Below the pieces are notes generated by a model. The model was given only the letters and a program-made list of their open reading frames with translations, was not told the DNA's origin and made no database searches. A stretch of 63,828 nucleotides of DNA, the filler included, from Octopus bimaculoides (Eukaryota), in NCBI RefSeq assembly GCF_001194135.2. It is 7 parts of 7 records of this genome, joined end to end, with 100 filler letters (N's around TTAATTAATTAA, not from the genome) between each part and the next. Parts side by side here need not be neighbours in the genome. Positions count along the whole stretch, not along the records: positions 49,783 to 57,718 come from NC_068984.1; positions 57,819 to 61,335 come from NW_026307437.1; positions 61,436 to 63,828 come from NW_026335688.1; 4 more parts are not named here. One strand, 5' to 3'. How positions within the stretch are numbered: the stretch's first letter is position 1; the number at the start of each line of letters is the position of its first letter. Made by a program: the position numbers and the translations under genes. Shown here piece after piece: positions 50,581-63,091 of this stretch.

Positions 50581-51284
50581 TTTATTTGCAGTATATTCGC
50601 CACATAACACGCCTATATCCAACACATGGTATTCCCGAAGTCATCTTCGTTCTTCATCCTGTTCAGGTTACACAAAATTTTAAAAACTATGGTGGTGGAT
50701 TAACGGGAAAATGTATTCGGCCCCTTTATGATTAACACCATCACCTGGCTACGTGGATGCATTTAGTGGGGGCCATTCAATAGCAAACATTCATACCATG
50801 TTTTCGGCTAGAGAATACATTCCTACATTAACCTTACCTCTCTCGAAGACCCTAATAGAATCTCATGGGTACTACCTTTCCTTCCGACTAAAATATTTCT
50901 CTTTTTATTTGAAAGTTAATCCGTACCGTTCCTCGGTATCTTATACGGCTGCTACAACGGGTTTCTTCCTCTCAAATAAAGTGTATTACATACAATGATG
51001 CCAAACAGATGCACACCTTTATCTAATTATCACCACCCTAACTATTTTCAAAATGTTGCTGCGTTGAACTATTTGCCAAATCTCTTCCAAAATCTCATTG
51101 GTCTACGACAACATCTGTACTTGCATTTCCAGTTCAGACATCGCTCCACGGGTTTTATGCTTAACATTCACCACTTCGACTCCGCCAGTAATAGAATATC
51201 GACGAAGGTAATTAGCACCACAGGTCTTCCATATCCTGCAATTAATAATATAATTAATAGAAACTGCAAGGCTATATTCTTGCT

Positions 51285-51504
51285 TTTATTCTTTTACGGC
51301 TATACTGGAGCACCGCCTTTAATCGCGCAAATCGAGCCCGGGACTTATTCCATCAGACGCTTTTGTCGAACCGCTAAGTTACGGGACCGTAAACACACCA
51401 GCATCGGATGTCAAGCGATAGTGGGAGGGACAAACACAGAAACACAAACATATACACCCAAACACACCCACCCACCCACACACACACACACACACAATAT
51501 ATAC

Positions 51505-51582
<78 letters not shown>

Positions 51583-51744
51583 GACGGGCTTCTTTCAGTT
51601 TCTCTCTACCAAATCCACTCACAAGGCTTTGGTCGGCCCGAGGATATAGTAGAAGACACTTGCCCAAGGTGCCACGCAGTGGGACTGAACTTAGAACTAT
51701 GTGGTTGGGAAGCAAGCTACTTACCATACTGCCACTCCTACGCC
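51285..51744 (-). mobile_element. SINE-C, full length, with internal (CA)n(TA)n
   Basis: Minus-strand head GGCGTAGGAGTGGCAGTATGGTAAG...GTTCAGTCCC; CORE-like ACCTTGGGCAAGTGTCTT; microsatellite; tail. Likely related to the octopus CORE-SINE OR2 (not verified). Confidence 0.9.
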
Positions 51745-52945
51745 TATATACTAAGACTCAAGCAACAAACTAGTATGTATTGCTAAGTTTTAGCAGCCTT
51801 TAGTATTTCATAAACTGTAGATGAATATCTTATACACGATCTCTTTAAACAGTATTTAAATGGCTATACATATATATTTACGAATTTTGTAAATACTGTG
51901 CACAATTTCCTATGGCCATCGAACGAAAATATTTTAAAGTAGACGTTAAAATATTTACATCTGCTCAATGAGAATATTAGTATATTGTATAAGTTCATAA
52001 TTTTCACGAATAGACATACGTGCAGATGCAACACACAGAGAAATATACTGTCAAATACGCATATGTTTGTGGGTGTATTTGTGTTAGCGTGTATGTGTGT
52101 GTGTATAAATATATATATGTATATATATATGCGTTTCTATTATAAACACTTTTTGACACGTTCTCAGCACATGAGACTAAAAGTAGCACTTAACATATAT
52201 TGTGTATATTAAATAATATTTACCTCTCACCAGATGGACTACTTTTTTTGCTGATCTTACCATCAAGGACAAGTGCACTTTATATCTTTATGTGTGTGCG
52301 TGTATCTTTATCTCTAACTTAACTTGAATGCTGTGTTAGAACACCTAATACTGGGTCATTTATTTCGAGAGTATCATTCATATAGCCTCGTGGTGCACTC
52401 AAGGTAAATAACGCAGTGTTCTTTGTTCTAACACAACATCCAAATAACGATGGAGTTAAAGATTACCTCTAGGTACTGTCGTTATAGAATTATAAACTGA
52501 TAGTGAGAGAGAGGGAGAGAGAGAGAAAGAAAGAGAGAGGAGAGATAAGAGAGTTCGAAATTTTATTACGTCACCTGGATCCAAGTCTGGGAAAGACTAT
52601 AAATTACGATAAACATGATTTCATCCACGATCAATGAGTTTCTGAAGCTAAAATTGAAGTTTTGGTTCAAGTTAATCAATTTAATCATATATATATATAN
52701 NNNNNNNNNNNNNNNNNNNNNNNNNNNNNNNNNNNNNNNNNNNNNNNNNNNNNNNNNNNNNNNNNNNNNNNNNNNNNNNNNNNNNNNNNNNNNNNNNNNN
52801 NNNNNNNNNNNNNNNNNNNNNNNNNNNNNNNNNNNNNNNNNNNNNNNNNNNNNNNNNNNNNNNNNNNNNNNNNNNNNNNNNNNNNNNNNNNNNNNNNNNN
52901 NNNNNNNNNNNNNNNNNNNNTATATATATATATATATATATATAT

Positions 52946-53370
52946 ATGTGGTCTGATCAATAAGTATACAGACTGTTGCCATAGCATATTAACGAAGCTA
53001 AAGCAGGCGAAGTAAGCCACTTGGCACAAATTGACCTTCAGCTCTGCTGGGCATGCGTATTAAGTTTTAACGTTCTGGCTCTCTTCCGCTGTTTACACCA
53101 GTACTTGGAAGGAAGGTGTGTAGCGTTTGATCGTCACGTTGACGATGACAGAGAGAAGTGAGCAGACAATCTGCATCAAATTTTGCCAAATTTGCCTACT
53201 CAGAGGCCTACGCAAAGTTTTCAAAACGTTTTCCTCGTTCTCGACACAATCAAGGAGATTTTGTGCAACTGAAACCCGAGTGTCTTTTTGGTCAGCTGAA
53301 AGCAGTTTTCGCATAAACTTGCTAGACACGCGTCTCATACTCAAATCTTCGGAGGCCTACGCAAAGTTTC
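52946..53370 (+). mobile_element. Rearranged mariner fragment: 5' TIR and N-terminus, then an inverted internal piece
   Basis: TIR-like TGTGGTCTGATCAATAAGTAT after (TA)n; + strand MTERSEQTICIKFCQ; - strand MRRVSSKFMRKLLSADQKDTRVSVAQNLLDCVENEENVLK. Confidence 0.8.
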
Positions 53371-53444
53371 CCCTATTTGTCTCCGATGACGGAATATCCC
53401 AGAAACACTTTGAAATTTTCCAATAATAATAACATATATGACTT

Positions 53445-53650
53445 ACGATGCTTTCCTTTCTGTAATGCAAGCTGTCCTCTCTGTAATGCAAATTTCCTCT
53501 CTGTGATACAAGCTGTCTTTTCTGTGATACAAGCTGTCCTTTCTGTGATGCAAGCTTTCCTTTCTGTGATACAGGTTTTTCTCTCTGAAATATAGAATTT
53601 CTTTTTCACTGATACAAAATTCCCTTTCGGAAATGCAAGCTTTCTTTTGT
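53445..53650. repeat. 21-bp minisatellite (~9 copies, CAAGCTGTCCTTTCTGTGATA)
   Basis: Visible periodicity; 7-residue repeat CITERKA in the ORF track. Confidence 0.85.
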
Positions 53651-54348
53651 GTTTCTAAGGAGGAAATTCATATAATTACGCATCAAATGACCGAAACAGA
53701 ACCAATTCTTTCGTCTATTCTAACCAACACATATTGCAAATAGATAAATCGTATTCTCTCTTCATCAAAAGAGACTATCACCCACAAATATACATATTGA
53801 AAGATTTAATAGTCATGTGAGTAAACGTAAACGATAAAATGACTTTTACATAGTTAACAATTTTTGATACCGATTAAACCTTAAGGGAATTTCATTTAAT
53901 TGCTTCGCACTTGGGTCTTCAAACAATGCTGCAAAGGCAACCGGATTCAATGATAAATACTATTCAAATATGTTCGGTTTATAAAGTTAAACTGAGAGCA
54001 GGAGTTATAATGTTAATATGCAAGCCAAAGTTAGAGAAAACTTCAAAAGCGGTATGTCATCAAAGTCGCCATTGCGTCTTTGGTCTTTGGACATATCGTT
54101 TTATCCTGATCATATTATTTTTATCATCTCCATTTTCATATATTTTTTGTCGATTTCTTTCATTATATTCCCTTGATCTTTTTCTGTATTCTCGCAATGC
54201 CATGAAACGCGAAGATTTTTGTGAAGCAGCATAAATTCAGAAATAAAATAGTATTGAAAACTATCAGAAACTGAAACACGTTGCAGGAAAAAAAATTGAG
54301 AGAAACTAATTCGCTTCTACAAATATAACATAATTGACATTATGCCCC

Positions 54349-54399
<51 letters not shown>

Positions 54400-54439
54400 G
54401 AACACATTCACAGATCAAACAAAACATACACAAGCAGGA

Positions 54440-54492
<53 letters not shown>

Positions 54493-54694
54493 CATACATA
54501 CATACATATATGTTTGTATATGTACACATACGTACATATATATGTATACATACAAAAATATATATCCACATGTAAACATACACATATATATGCATAAACA
54601 TACATTTATATATGTATATATGCATCTGTGTGTACATATATATGCGTTTATAGTTTATATATATACGATCTCCTATATATATAAACGTGCGTAA

Positions 54695-54747
<53 letters not shown>

Positions 54748-55431
54748 CGTATGCGTATATGTATATTACATATATTTAAGATAATTTGGATATGTGTGTG
54801 TGTATTTATATGTATATATACGTATATGTATTGATATTTATATATATATTTACTTATGCATACACATATAAGAGTGTACGTGTGTGTGTATGTGTATGTA
54901 TGTGAATGCTTGTGTATGCGTGAATGTATATATAATTTCCGTAAGTTCAAATACGTAGTAGGAGATAACAAAAATCTGCAGCAGAAAGTTTTTATTCAGA
55001 TACTATGACCTTTCGTAAACAAATACATCAAACGTTGCAATAGTCACATGAAATATCCACATTGTATTAGTTTTACCTTCAAACAAGTGTAATATTTTTA
55101 GTACAGATCGGAGAACTGTGAGACATGAATTATCCGCCAAGTTGAGAAATTCATGAATCACTACAGTTAGCAATTCCTAGGTGTGGCTGACGTCACGTGA
55201 GCAGTTGTTGCGCATGAAAAAAAAAATGATGATGAACATAAAATTCAGCTGTGTGCGGTCATTAACAAAATGCTCATCGGATTCTCATCCAGTAGGAACT
55301 TAAATTGTAATTTAGCAATGGGTTGATATCATAGCAAGATGGAGTAGGGCCTATTCGCGTTGAAAATTTTGTGAGTCAATTTCCTGAAATATAAGGTGAA
55401 TTAAAGTATGGATTTTGCTTATTTATGTATA

Positions 55432-56000
55432 CACTGGACCGCAAAAGAAAAACGAGACGTACGTGACAGTGAAATATCTTTTAATTTCATTATGTCCGAG
55501 ATAAATTTTGATAAATCTGATAAAGTCAATTTCTTAGATGTACTTTGACCATAGTCTATGGGTCGTTGTCATGTGTTCTGGTTTTGAGCGGATCCAACAC
55601 ATCGAGTTTGTAGGGTGTGCCATGTTCAATACCATGTATGCCCTCCTTGGGTGTTCAAAATGGACATACACCGTGGTTACATGGAGTGTACGAGGCGGTT
55701 CATAAATGCCATTCGCACCTGTGTCTCACTCTGAGGAAAGCTGCCTCCATTTCCGGACGAGGTGTCAGTCTTGGAACCACCTGGTTCAGCCGCTTCTGGA
55801 TTTCGTGCATATTGTTTTTCTTAAAATTTTCCGGGTTATTCGAACACGAATATGCAATCGCTGGTGTGTACGTCAGTGGAGAAGTGCTTCTTTTTTTTTT
55901 TTTTTCGAGAAAAATGTCTTCAAGGAACACTGGCCTCATTGACGTGAAAGATTCTCGGGCACCGGTGTTTCGACATATGACTCATCAGTCAGAAGCACCC
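55432..56000 (-). mobile_element. Decayed, internally deleted Tc1 (DD34E-type) transposon
   Basis: Minus strand VLLTDES (first catalytic D), HEIQKRLNQV...EMEAAFLRV, MAFMNRLVHSM*PRCMSILNTQGGHTWY*; TA + CACTGGACCGCAAAAGAAA terminus at 55432. Confidence 0.75.
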
Positions 56001-57389
56001 TAAATAACAGTCGATGGCTTTGTTGATAGTTTTTGTTAGTCAATGTTGCCAACCGCTAATAATTCGTTTTCTATCTTTCTGTACCGTCAACAGCAAGATC
56101 TGAAACGATGGATTGCATATTTATTCTTCAGGTATTTAAGCAGATGCGAATGTACATATGCTAATCGCTGTTGTCAGAATTCTCAGAAGTGTTTCATCGT
56201 TATTTTCTGAACTTTGTCTATAGGAAATATCCACTCCTTTAATAGGATATTGATATAAGGCGATGATCATAATGAAATATCACCAATATTTCCTTGAAAT
56301 ATTGAGTTTCATCTTGTGTTTGTATGGGCATTCAATTGAGATTAAGAATACTTGTGGTGTCTCATTCGAACTTTAAAGACACTAAGACTAGAAAGAATGT
56401 GTCGTTCTGCAGAACAGCGAGGCAATTCAATAATATATCTGCTCATAAAATATGGCATACAATATAGTAAATAAAATATAGCGTACAATATCCTAGAAAA
56501 GATATTTTCAACGGAACAGATTTCTCCGGCAAAGAAACAAATATGGGCTTTCTATCGTATTTCTCATCGGCACTTTATGGAGAGTTAGTGATTCATGTTA
56601 CTCAACAGTTCAGCATAAACAGAGTCGAAGAACGGAAGAAACAGTTTTTGGGGGATTTTTTAAAAATATATATATTTAATCTCAAATCTAATGGTTACTA
56701 CGTGAAGGTTAATGAACCTACCAATATAATATACAAAGGGTACGAAGCGTTCATAAAAATGATATATGATCTCTACTAATACATGACCCTGACTAGTATA
56801 TTATCTCTTGTCTAACCAAGTAACTGGCTAGTGAACTAGTGGCTCAAACCATTGGTCCAAATATCTGTGTACGAACTTGAATGAAGACGAATGCATCATC
56901 GCCGTAAATAAATAATCATGTAAAATGTAAAGAAACGTCTATAAAGTTTGTAATCTTCGTCACCATTGTAAAAATATAATAATGTCTATTGAAAGAAAAA
57001 TCAACATCCTTTAATTAATAACAGAAAATAGACAGAATAGCTGGACTTTATCCAAATCATAAAAGCTATAGGACTACATGCCAGATATATTAAAGAATCG
57101 TCCGGACAATGACCACCTACTCAAAATAACAAGTTGACATTCTATATCATTTCGAAACATTCGTAAATTGTTTGTGACATTTCGCAGAAACTTTCGAAAT
57201 TGTTATTGGTATTTCTAAAACAAAAAGAGGAGAAAAATAAGAACATGTAAAGAAAAGGGAATGAGCAAAGGTTAAGTTGTTGAAAATAACTTTCCATCAT
57301 GATTTAAACACTGCGTGTTTAGTTGCGATTCATAATTGCTATTAGGAGACACGCATATACATATACATAGTCATAAAACAAATGCACAG

Positions 57390-57421
<32 letters not shown>

Positions 57422-57472
57422 ATACATATACTTATATGTATATATATATATGAAAATACATATACTTATATG

Positions 57473-57505
<33 letters not shown>

Positions 57506-57718
57506 GTAGTGTAGTATATTGCCACTTAAGTGTGGCTGACCCCTAGGGGTGGATGTTACTGTTGCTTTTAGCCCCAGGAGGACATCTCCTCCAGCTGGCT
57601 TATCGACACACGACTGTGTCCTGTTTGCCAAGGGAGTTATCCCTCTCACCACGGCCAGCAGCACGAACGTATCCGGATTTCAGGGTTATTTCCCTTCGTC
57701 GGCGTTCGACAGCCGATG

Positions 57719-57818
57719 NNNNNNNNNNNNNNNNNNNNNNNNNNNNNNNNNNNNNNNNNNNNTTAATTAATTAANNNNNNNNNNNNNNNNNNNNNNNNNN
57801 NNNNNNNNNNNNNNNNNN
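57719..57818. other. Artificial scaffold join
   Basis: 44N-TTAATTAATTAA-44N. Confidence 0.95.
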
Positions 57819-59232
57819 TATATATTTATATATATATATGTATATATATATATACATAAATTTATATATATGTATATACATATATATATATTTATATATA
57901 TATGTATGTATATATGTATGTATGCATGCGTGTTCATGTATATATGTACATATTATTTGTATGTACATGCATACAAAAGAGAGGGCGAAAAGGGATAGAG
58001 AGAGAAGGGTAAATAGTATTGTCTATCGCGCAAGGATAATGGCGAGCATTGACAAATTGAGCTGAAGTAAATGGACTTGTGGAAAATTTACACAATAGTC
58101 GTTAGTTACTATATACAAGTAGTTTCCACAGCCCAAGCGAACCGAACGTAATGGACTTTATCCAAATATATATGGGCAATGAAGGAGAAAAATGGCGGCA
58201 GCATTCGAATCAAAAGGTTAGTTTATGGAATCGGAAAGCACGTACACAGGAGGTGCAACAGTGTGCATAGTATCAAATGGAGAAGTGAAACATTAACGCA
58301 GTCCTCTGAAAACTTCAAAGGGACGAATGGGTCTCCAATTGCAGACATGTAAGTAGTTAGTACATGCATGCGTAACACAGAAATGCAGTAATCTGCAGCC
58401 AGACAAATGAAAATTAATGGTAGCGGCAATGCAATAGTTGCCACGTATACAAGAACACCAATTAATGATAAGTCCCGTATGCCCAAAATAACAAAAACCA
58501 TTTATTAGATTACTATCCAAAACTCGTCTGAAACTCATGTAATCAAGCTGAGAAATCTTAAAGCGTATCGCATACAATGACATTGGAATATATACACACA
58601 CATACATATATATATACATGCAGACATATATATATATAATAGCAAAGGGCTGCCTACCAGGCGGTTTTCTGCTGGTTGCTGAACGATATTTACGCATTTC
58701 ATTCCCAATTTGTGTAATTTTTATGATACATTAACGTCTAATTCTGCCTCGTCCCCTTTGTTCGCCTTATGGTGCTTGCTGCCTAGTAAATACATTTAAG
58801 GCATAACTACAAAAGGGATTCTCCACTGATTTCGTATCCGCGTTAATTTCTGAAAAATAGATATTTTTAAATGCTGTCTTCCACGAATACCGTTCAAATG
58901 ATGTACAGCACAATTATATTAGAATTTTCGGAAGCGGTGGGATAGGTATTTCGGCTAATTCAAATGCCTCGAATTTGTTTTCTCTAAACTTTCATAAATT
59001 TCATAATGAATATTTCTACAAATACTTGTCAGTTGGTTTACATTTGCGATTATATCCGAAAATGCGAAAAAAATTCAGCATCTCGACTTTGTTTCCTCAT
59101 AGTGTGTCGTTAATGTACATTACAAATGTGCTGAAAAACGTATTTATGCATCTATATAGCAAAACGACCGCGAATTAGTGTATACATACATACATAAATA
59201 AATGCATACATAAATAAATACATACATACATA

Positions 59233-59448
59233 CAGTAATACCTCGCCATATCGCGGTTCACCTATCGCGGTTTATCATTTAAGCTTGCGTCACTTCCTCC
59301 GTGGTGTTGCTTTGCATTTATAAATAAATATATACAAATTACGAAAATAATAAAAAAAATATATATACATTACTGTTTCTACTTCGTGGATTTTCATCTA
59401 TCACGGGGATTTTGGAATGTAACGCCCGCGATAATCGAGGGATTACCT
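59233..59448. mobile_element. pogo/Tigger-like MITE
   Basis: TA + CAGTAATACCTCGCCATATCGCG ... CGCGATAATCGAGGGATTACC imperfect TIRs. Confidence 0.75.
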
Positions 59449-60338
59449 TCCCCCCTCTCTCCCTCTCTTTATATATATATATATATATATATATATCTCG
59501 TTATTCAAAAGCTATTTATTTTTGGGTTGCTTAACAAATACTTACGTTTAGTAGTACGACTTTTAAAAGGGTTTGCTGTTTGTCCATTTAAGACAAAGCT
59601 GGAGAATTTTCTATACATTAAACATGCATACACACACAGATACACACTCTCACATGTACACATCTAAATATATATACATATATGTACATGTGCATATTGT
59701 GCACTTTTGTATATGTGTGTGTGTACACATATATATACGCATACACACACGCACATACTTTCATACATTCATTTATATTCTAAAATAGAAATAGAATTTC
59801 CAATCGAATTGCGAATAAATACTTATTGTAACTGATTTATTTAAGATCGCTCTTGAAGTATAAAAATACTTCTACAGAATTTCTATAGGGTGAAACCCTC
59901 TCACCTAAACCGCTTACTCGCTTATAATGCTTTTCTTTTTCATATAGTGCGTCCCAGACACAGAATTAAGTCAGTAGCTCCTGACAGAAATCTGTTTCGA
60001 CAAGCAAAACAACCTACTCTGGTTAAAATCAGATTGCAGTCGAATCAGCGGAAGGCGAAGAATGAATTAGAAGTAAATTGCAATGATATTTATAGGTGCT
60101 AAATTGTGTCAGCTGTCTATATAACGTGGTGAGGGAGAACTTTGAGAGTGAACTACTGTTCATTTGAAGTGCTATGTCAAGTACGTAAGATATCATGCAC
60201 ATACGCATGCCTATATTCGTAGACACATGCATATCTACATATATACGTACATATAAACAAACACACTCACACATCATTCGTGCATATATACACAAACATA
60301 CCCAAACATAGACATATACAAGTATGTACAAGCTTATA

Positions 60339-61118
60339 CAGGGGTTGGGCTAAATAATGGAAACACATTAAAGTTTCAAACAAATTTATTTTAATATGGG
60401 GTAGGACCGCCTTTGGCAGTAATTACAGCTTGAATTCTACGAGGTATGAACTCGTACAAAGCTTGAATTGTTTCCAAAGGAATGTTTGTCCATTCTTCAG
60501 CTTAAACAGTCTCCAGTTCTTGTAGTGATGATGTTGGAGGATATCGACTCCTTACTTGTTTTTCTAAAATGCACCATAAATGTTCAATAATATTGAGATC
60601 TGGAGACTGTGGTGGCCAGATAAGATGTTCAACTTCACTAGAATGTTCCTCATGTCATTCAGTAACAAAATTTAGCTGTGTGAATTGGTGCATTATCATC
60701 CTGAAAGATTGCGTTACCCTCTGGAAACAGTTCTGCAACCATAGGATGAATTTGATCAAATAAAACGCTTAAATAATCTTGACTGTTAATTCTGCCTTGA
60801 AGGGAAACCATTGGGCTGGTGGATTTCCAAGATATAGCCCTGCCCGCAGATCACCACAGATCCTCCTCAATATTTAACAGTTGGAAGAAGGCAGTCTGGG
60901 TCAAATACTTCTTTTGGCTATCTCCACACGTATACTCGGCTGGTGGACGGACATAAGGTAAAAGATGACTCGTCCAAGAAAATAACATTCTTCCACTGCT
61001 CTAGGGACCAATTCTGTAGGTTTTTCCTCCACTCTGAACGCTTTGCAACGTTTGTTTTTGAAAGTAGTGTAATCCGGCTTTGTGCAGCTCCTGGCGAACA
61101 GTTTTTGTGGAAACTGGG
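60339..61118 (-). mobile_element. Decayed Tc1 (DD34E) transposon, 5'-truncated
   Basis: Minus strand WKNVIFLDESSF, IFQDDNAPIHTA, WPPQSPDLNIIEHLW, RRIQAVITAKGGPTPY* (stop 60391-60393); TA + CAGGGGTTGGGCTAAATAATGGAAAC TIR. Confidence 0.92.
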
Positions 61119-61286
61119 TTCTCGAGGTGGTCATATATATCCACTCATATATATGTACACACACACGAAAACACATAATCATATATATGACTGTATCACA
61201 CACACACATAGTTAGCATTTATACCGATAGAACTTTTTGTGTGAAGCGATTAGTATCATGGCTCAAGAAATGTAAGAATAATTAGA

Positions 61287-61335
<49 letters not shown>

Positions 61336-61435
61336 NNNNNNNNNNNNNNNNNNNNNNNNNNNNNNNNNNNNNNNNNNNNTTAATTAATTAANNNNNNNNN
61401 NNNNNNNNNNNNNNNNNNNNNNNNNNNNNNNNNNN
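61336..61435. other. Artificial scaffold join
   Basis: 44N-TTAATTAATTAA-44N. Confidence 0.95.
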
Positions 61436-61461
61436 AAAAAAAAAAAGATTTTGGATAGAAA

Positions 61462-61533
61462 GCCGCATGCGGGACTTGAACTTAGATCTCCTGTAGACAT
61501 GACAGAACAATCTACCATTGGACCAAATCAAAT
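61462..61533 (-). pseudogene. tRNA-like unit (pseudo-tRNA or SINE head)
   Basis: TGGTCCAATGGTAGA (A box), TCTGT-CATGTCT-ACAGG stem-loop, GTTCAAGTCCC (B box); acceptor stem not intact. Confidence 0.6.
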
Positions 61534-61648
61534 TTGTCGTCCTCAGCGTTCTTACTTTAGAAATTTTATTCTTAGCAGCGAGAATTATATGTTGATACGT
61601 GAAATAATTCGTTGTTAAAGGTGGAAATCGATCACAAGAAATTCGAAC

Positions 61649-61720
61649 GGTTGTTTTGATCCAATGGTAGAACGTCTGCTATGTTTACAGAAGATATGAG
61701 CTCGACTTCTACGGGCAGCC
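61649..61720 (+). pseudogene. tRNA-like unit, 72 nt, homologous to 61462-61533
   Basis: GGTTGTT/GGCAGCC acceptor pairing (with G-U), TGATCCAATGGTAGA, TCTGC-TATGTTT-ACAGA; T loop degenerate (GCTCGAC). Confidence 0.6.
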
Positions 61721-61954
61721 TTCGACTTCGACACAAAGTATTTTTTAACTCCATATTTAGACTCTATTATTTGTAGTTTCATCTGTGTCCCACCGTTAAA
61801 AGCGAATTATTTCACGTCCATCGAAGTTTCTGAATATTTTTGCCGTAACCAGCATCGAGCAAATCCGTTTGTTTCTTTCCACTGTTATAAGAATTAACAC
61901 AAAAGATAATTTTATCGTAGCGTTTTATTGTTTTTTATAGTTCCTTTCATACTA

Positions 61955-62237
61955 GCTTAGTGGTCAGGGTTTTCAACCTGGTGACGCGTTGCATGCTTGA
62001 GCAAGACATTTTATTTCACTTTACTCCAGTCAACTCAGCTCGCAAATATGAGTAGTACCTGTAATTCAAAGGGCCAACCTTGTTACATTGTGTGTCACGC
62101 TGAATCTCCCTGAGAAGTACATTAAAGGTACACGTGTCCGTGGAGTGCTCACCCACTTGCACGTTAATTTCATGAGCAGGCTGTTCCGTTGATCGGATCG
62201 ACTGGAACCCTTGTCGTCGTAACTGACGGAGTGCCAA
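61955..62237 (+). mobile_element. SINE with CORE-like centre fused to the SINE-B 3' body
   Basis: CTTGAGCAAGACATTTTATTTCAC...CTCCAGTCAACTCAGCT...AATATGAGTA, then CCTGTAATTCAAAGGGCC...GACGGAGTGCC as in SINE-B. Confidence 0.85.
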
Positions 62238-63091
62238 CTGATTATTCCTCAACAAGTTCTTTTTATCGTTTTTGAAATTTGAATAAATTCTACTTCTTTT
62301 CAGATATATGACAATAGAAAGCCAAGTAGAAAAAAACATGGGCATTTTCAATACCTGCTTTCTCTTCGCTTTCAGTCAAAGTTCCAAAACTGCCAGAGTG
62401 ACCTCGAGACATTTGATCTGTGTGGAAAGAACGCGTTCTNNNNNNNNNNNNNNNNNNNNNNNNNNNNNNNNNNNNNNNNNNNNNNNNNNNNNNNNNNNNN
62501 NNNNNNNNNNNNNNNNNNNNNNNNNNNNNNNNNNNNNNNNNNNNNNNNNNNNNNNNNNNNNNNNNNNNNNNNNNNNNNNNNNNNNNNNNNNNNNNNNNNN
62601 NNNNNNNNNNNNNNNNNNNNNNNNNNNNNNNNNNNNNNNNNNNNNNNNNNNNNNNNNNNNNNNNNNNNNNNNNNNNNNNNNNNNNNNNNNNNNNNNNNNN
62701 NNNNNNNNNNNNNNNNNNNNNNNNNNNNNNNNNNNNNNNNNNNNNNNNNNNNNNNNNNNNNNNNNNNNNNNNNNNNNNNNNNNNNNNNNNNNNNNNNNNN
62801 NNNNNNNNNNNNNNNNNNNNNNNNNNNNNNNNNNNNNNNNNNNNNNNNNNNNNNNNNNNNNNNNNNNNNNNNNNNNNNNNNNNNNNNNNAGTTCGTTGAC
62901 GTTGCTTGAAGCTCGTCTCAGTGTGTTTTTACATAAGTGTATAAACGTATGTATAAATATAAACAAACTTATATTTGTTTTTATTACAGGCGTCGAAATA
63001 TGTATCGTACGATATAAACAAGAATATATTTTTCCGAACGCAGTATTGCTGTTAGAACGGCAGAAATAATGGGTGAATTACCCCTACAAGG

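Noticed and set aside
50700-51270. Possible RTE remnant on the minus strand (TNEILEEI...)
   Set aside because: Similarity too faint to support without a profile search.
55960-55988. Minus-strand CTGATGAG...GAAAC hammerhead-like motif
   Set aside because: It is the Thr-Asp-Glu-Ser codons of the Tc1 catalytic motif; stem II is poor and the cleavage triplet would be GUG, not NUH.
56094-56131. Possible 38-nt exon (QDLKRWIAYLFF), superficially ND4-like
   Set aside because: Too short, weak donor (gtattt), and no flanking mitochondrial-like sequence.
57042-58167. 16-bp repeat TGGACTTTATCCAAAT at 57042 and 58152
   Set aside because: Two copies on different scaffold pieces, with no extended similarity.
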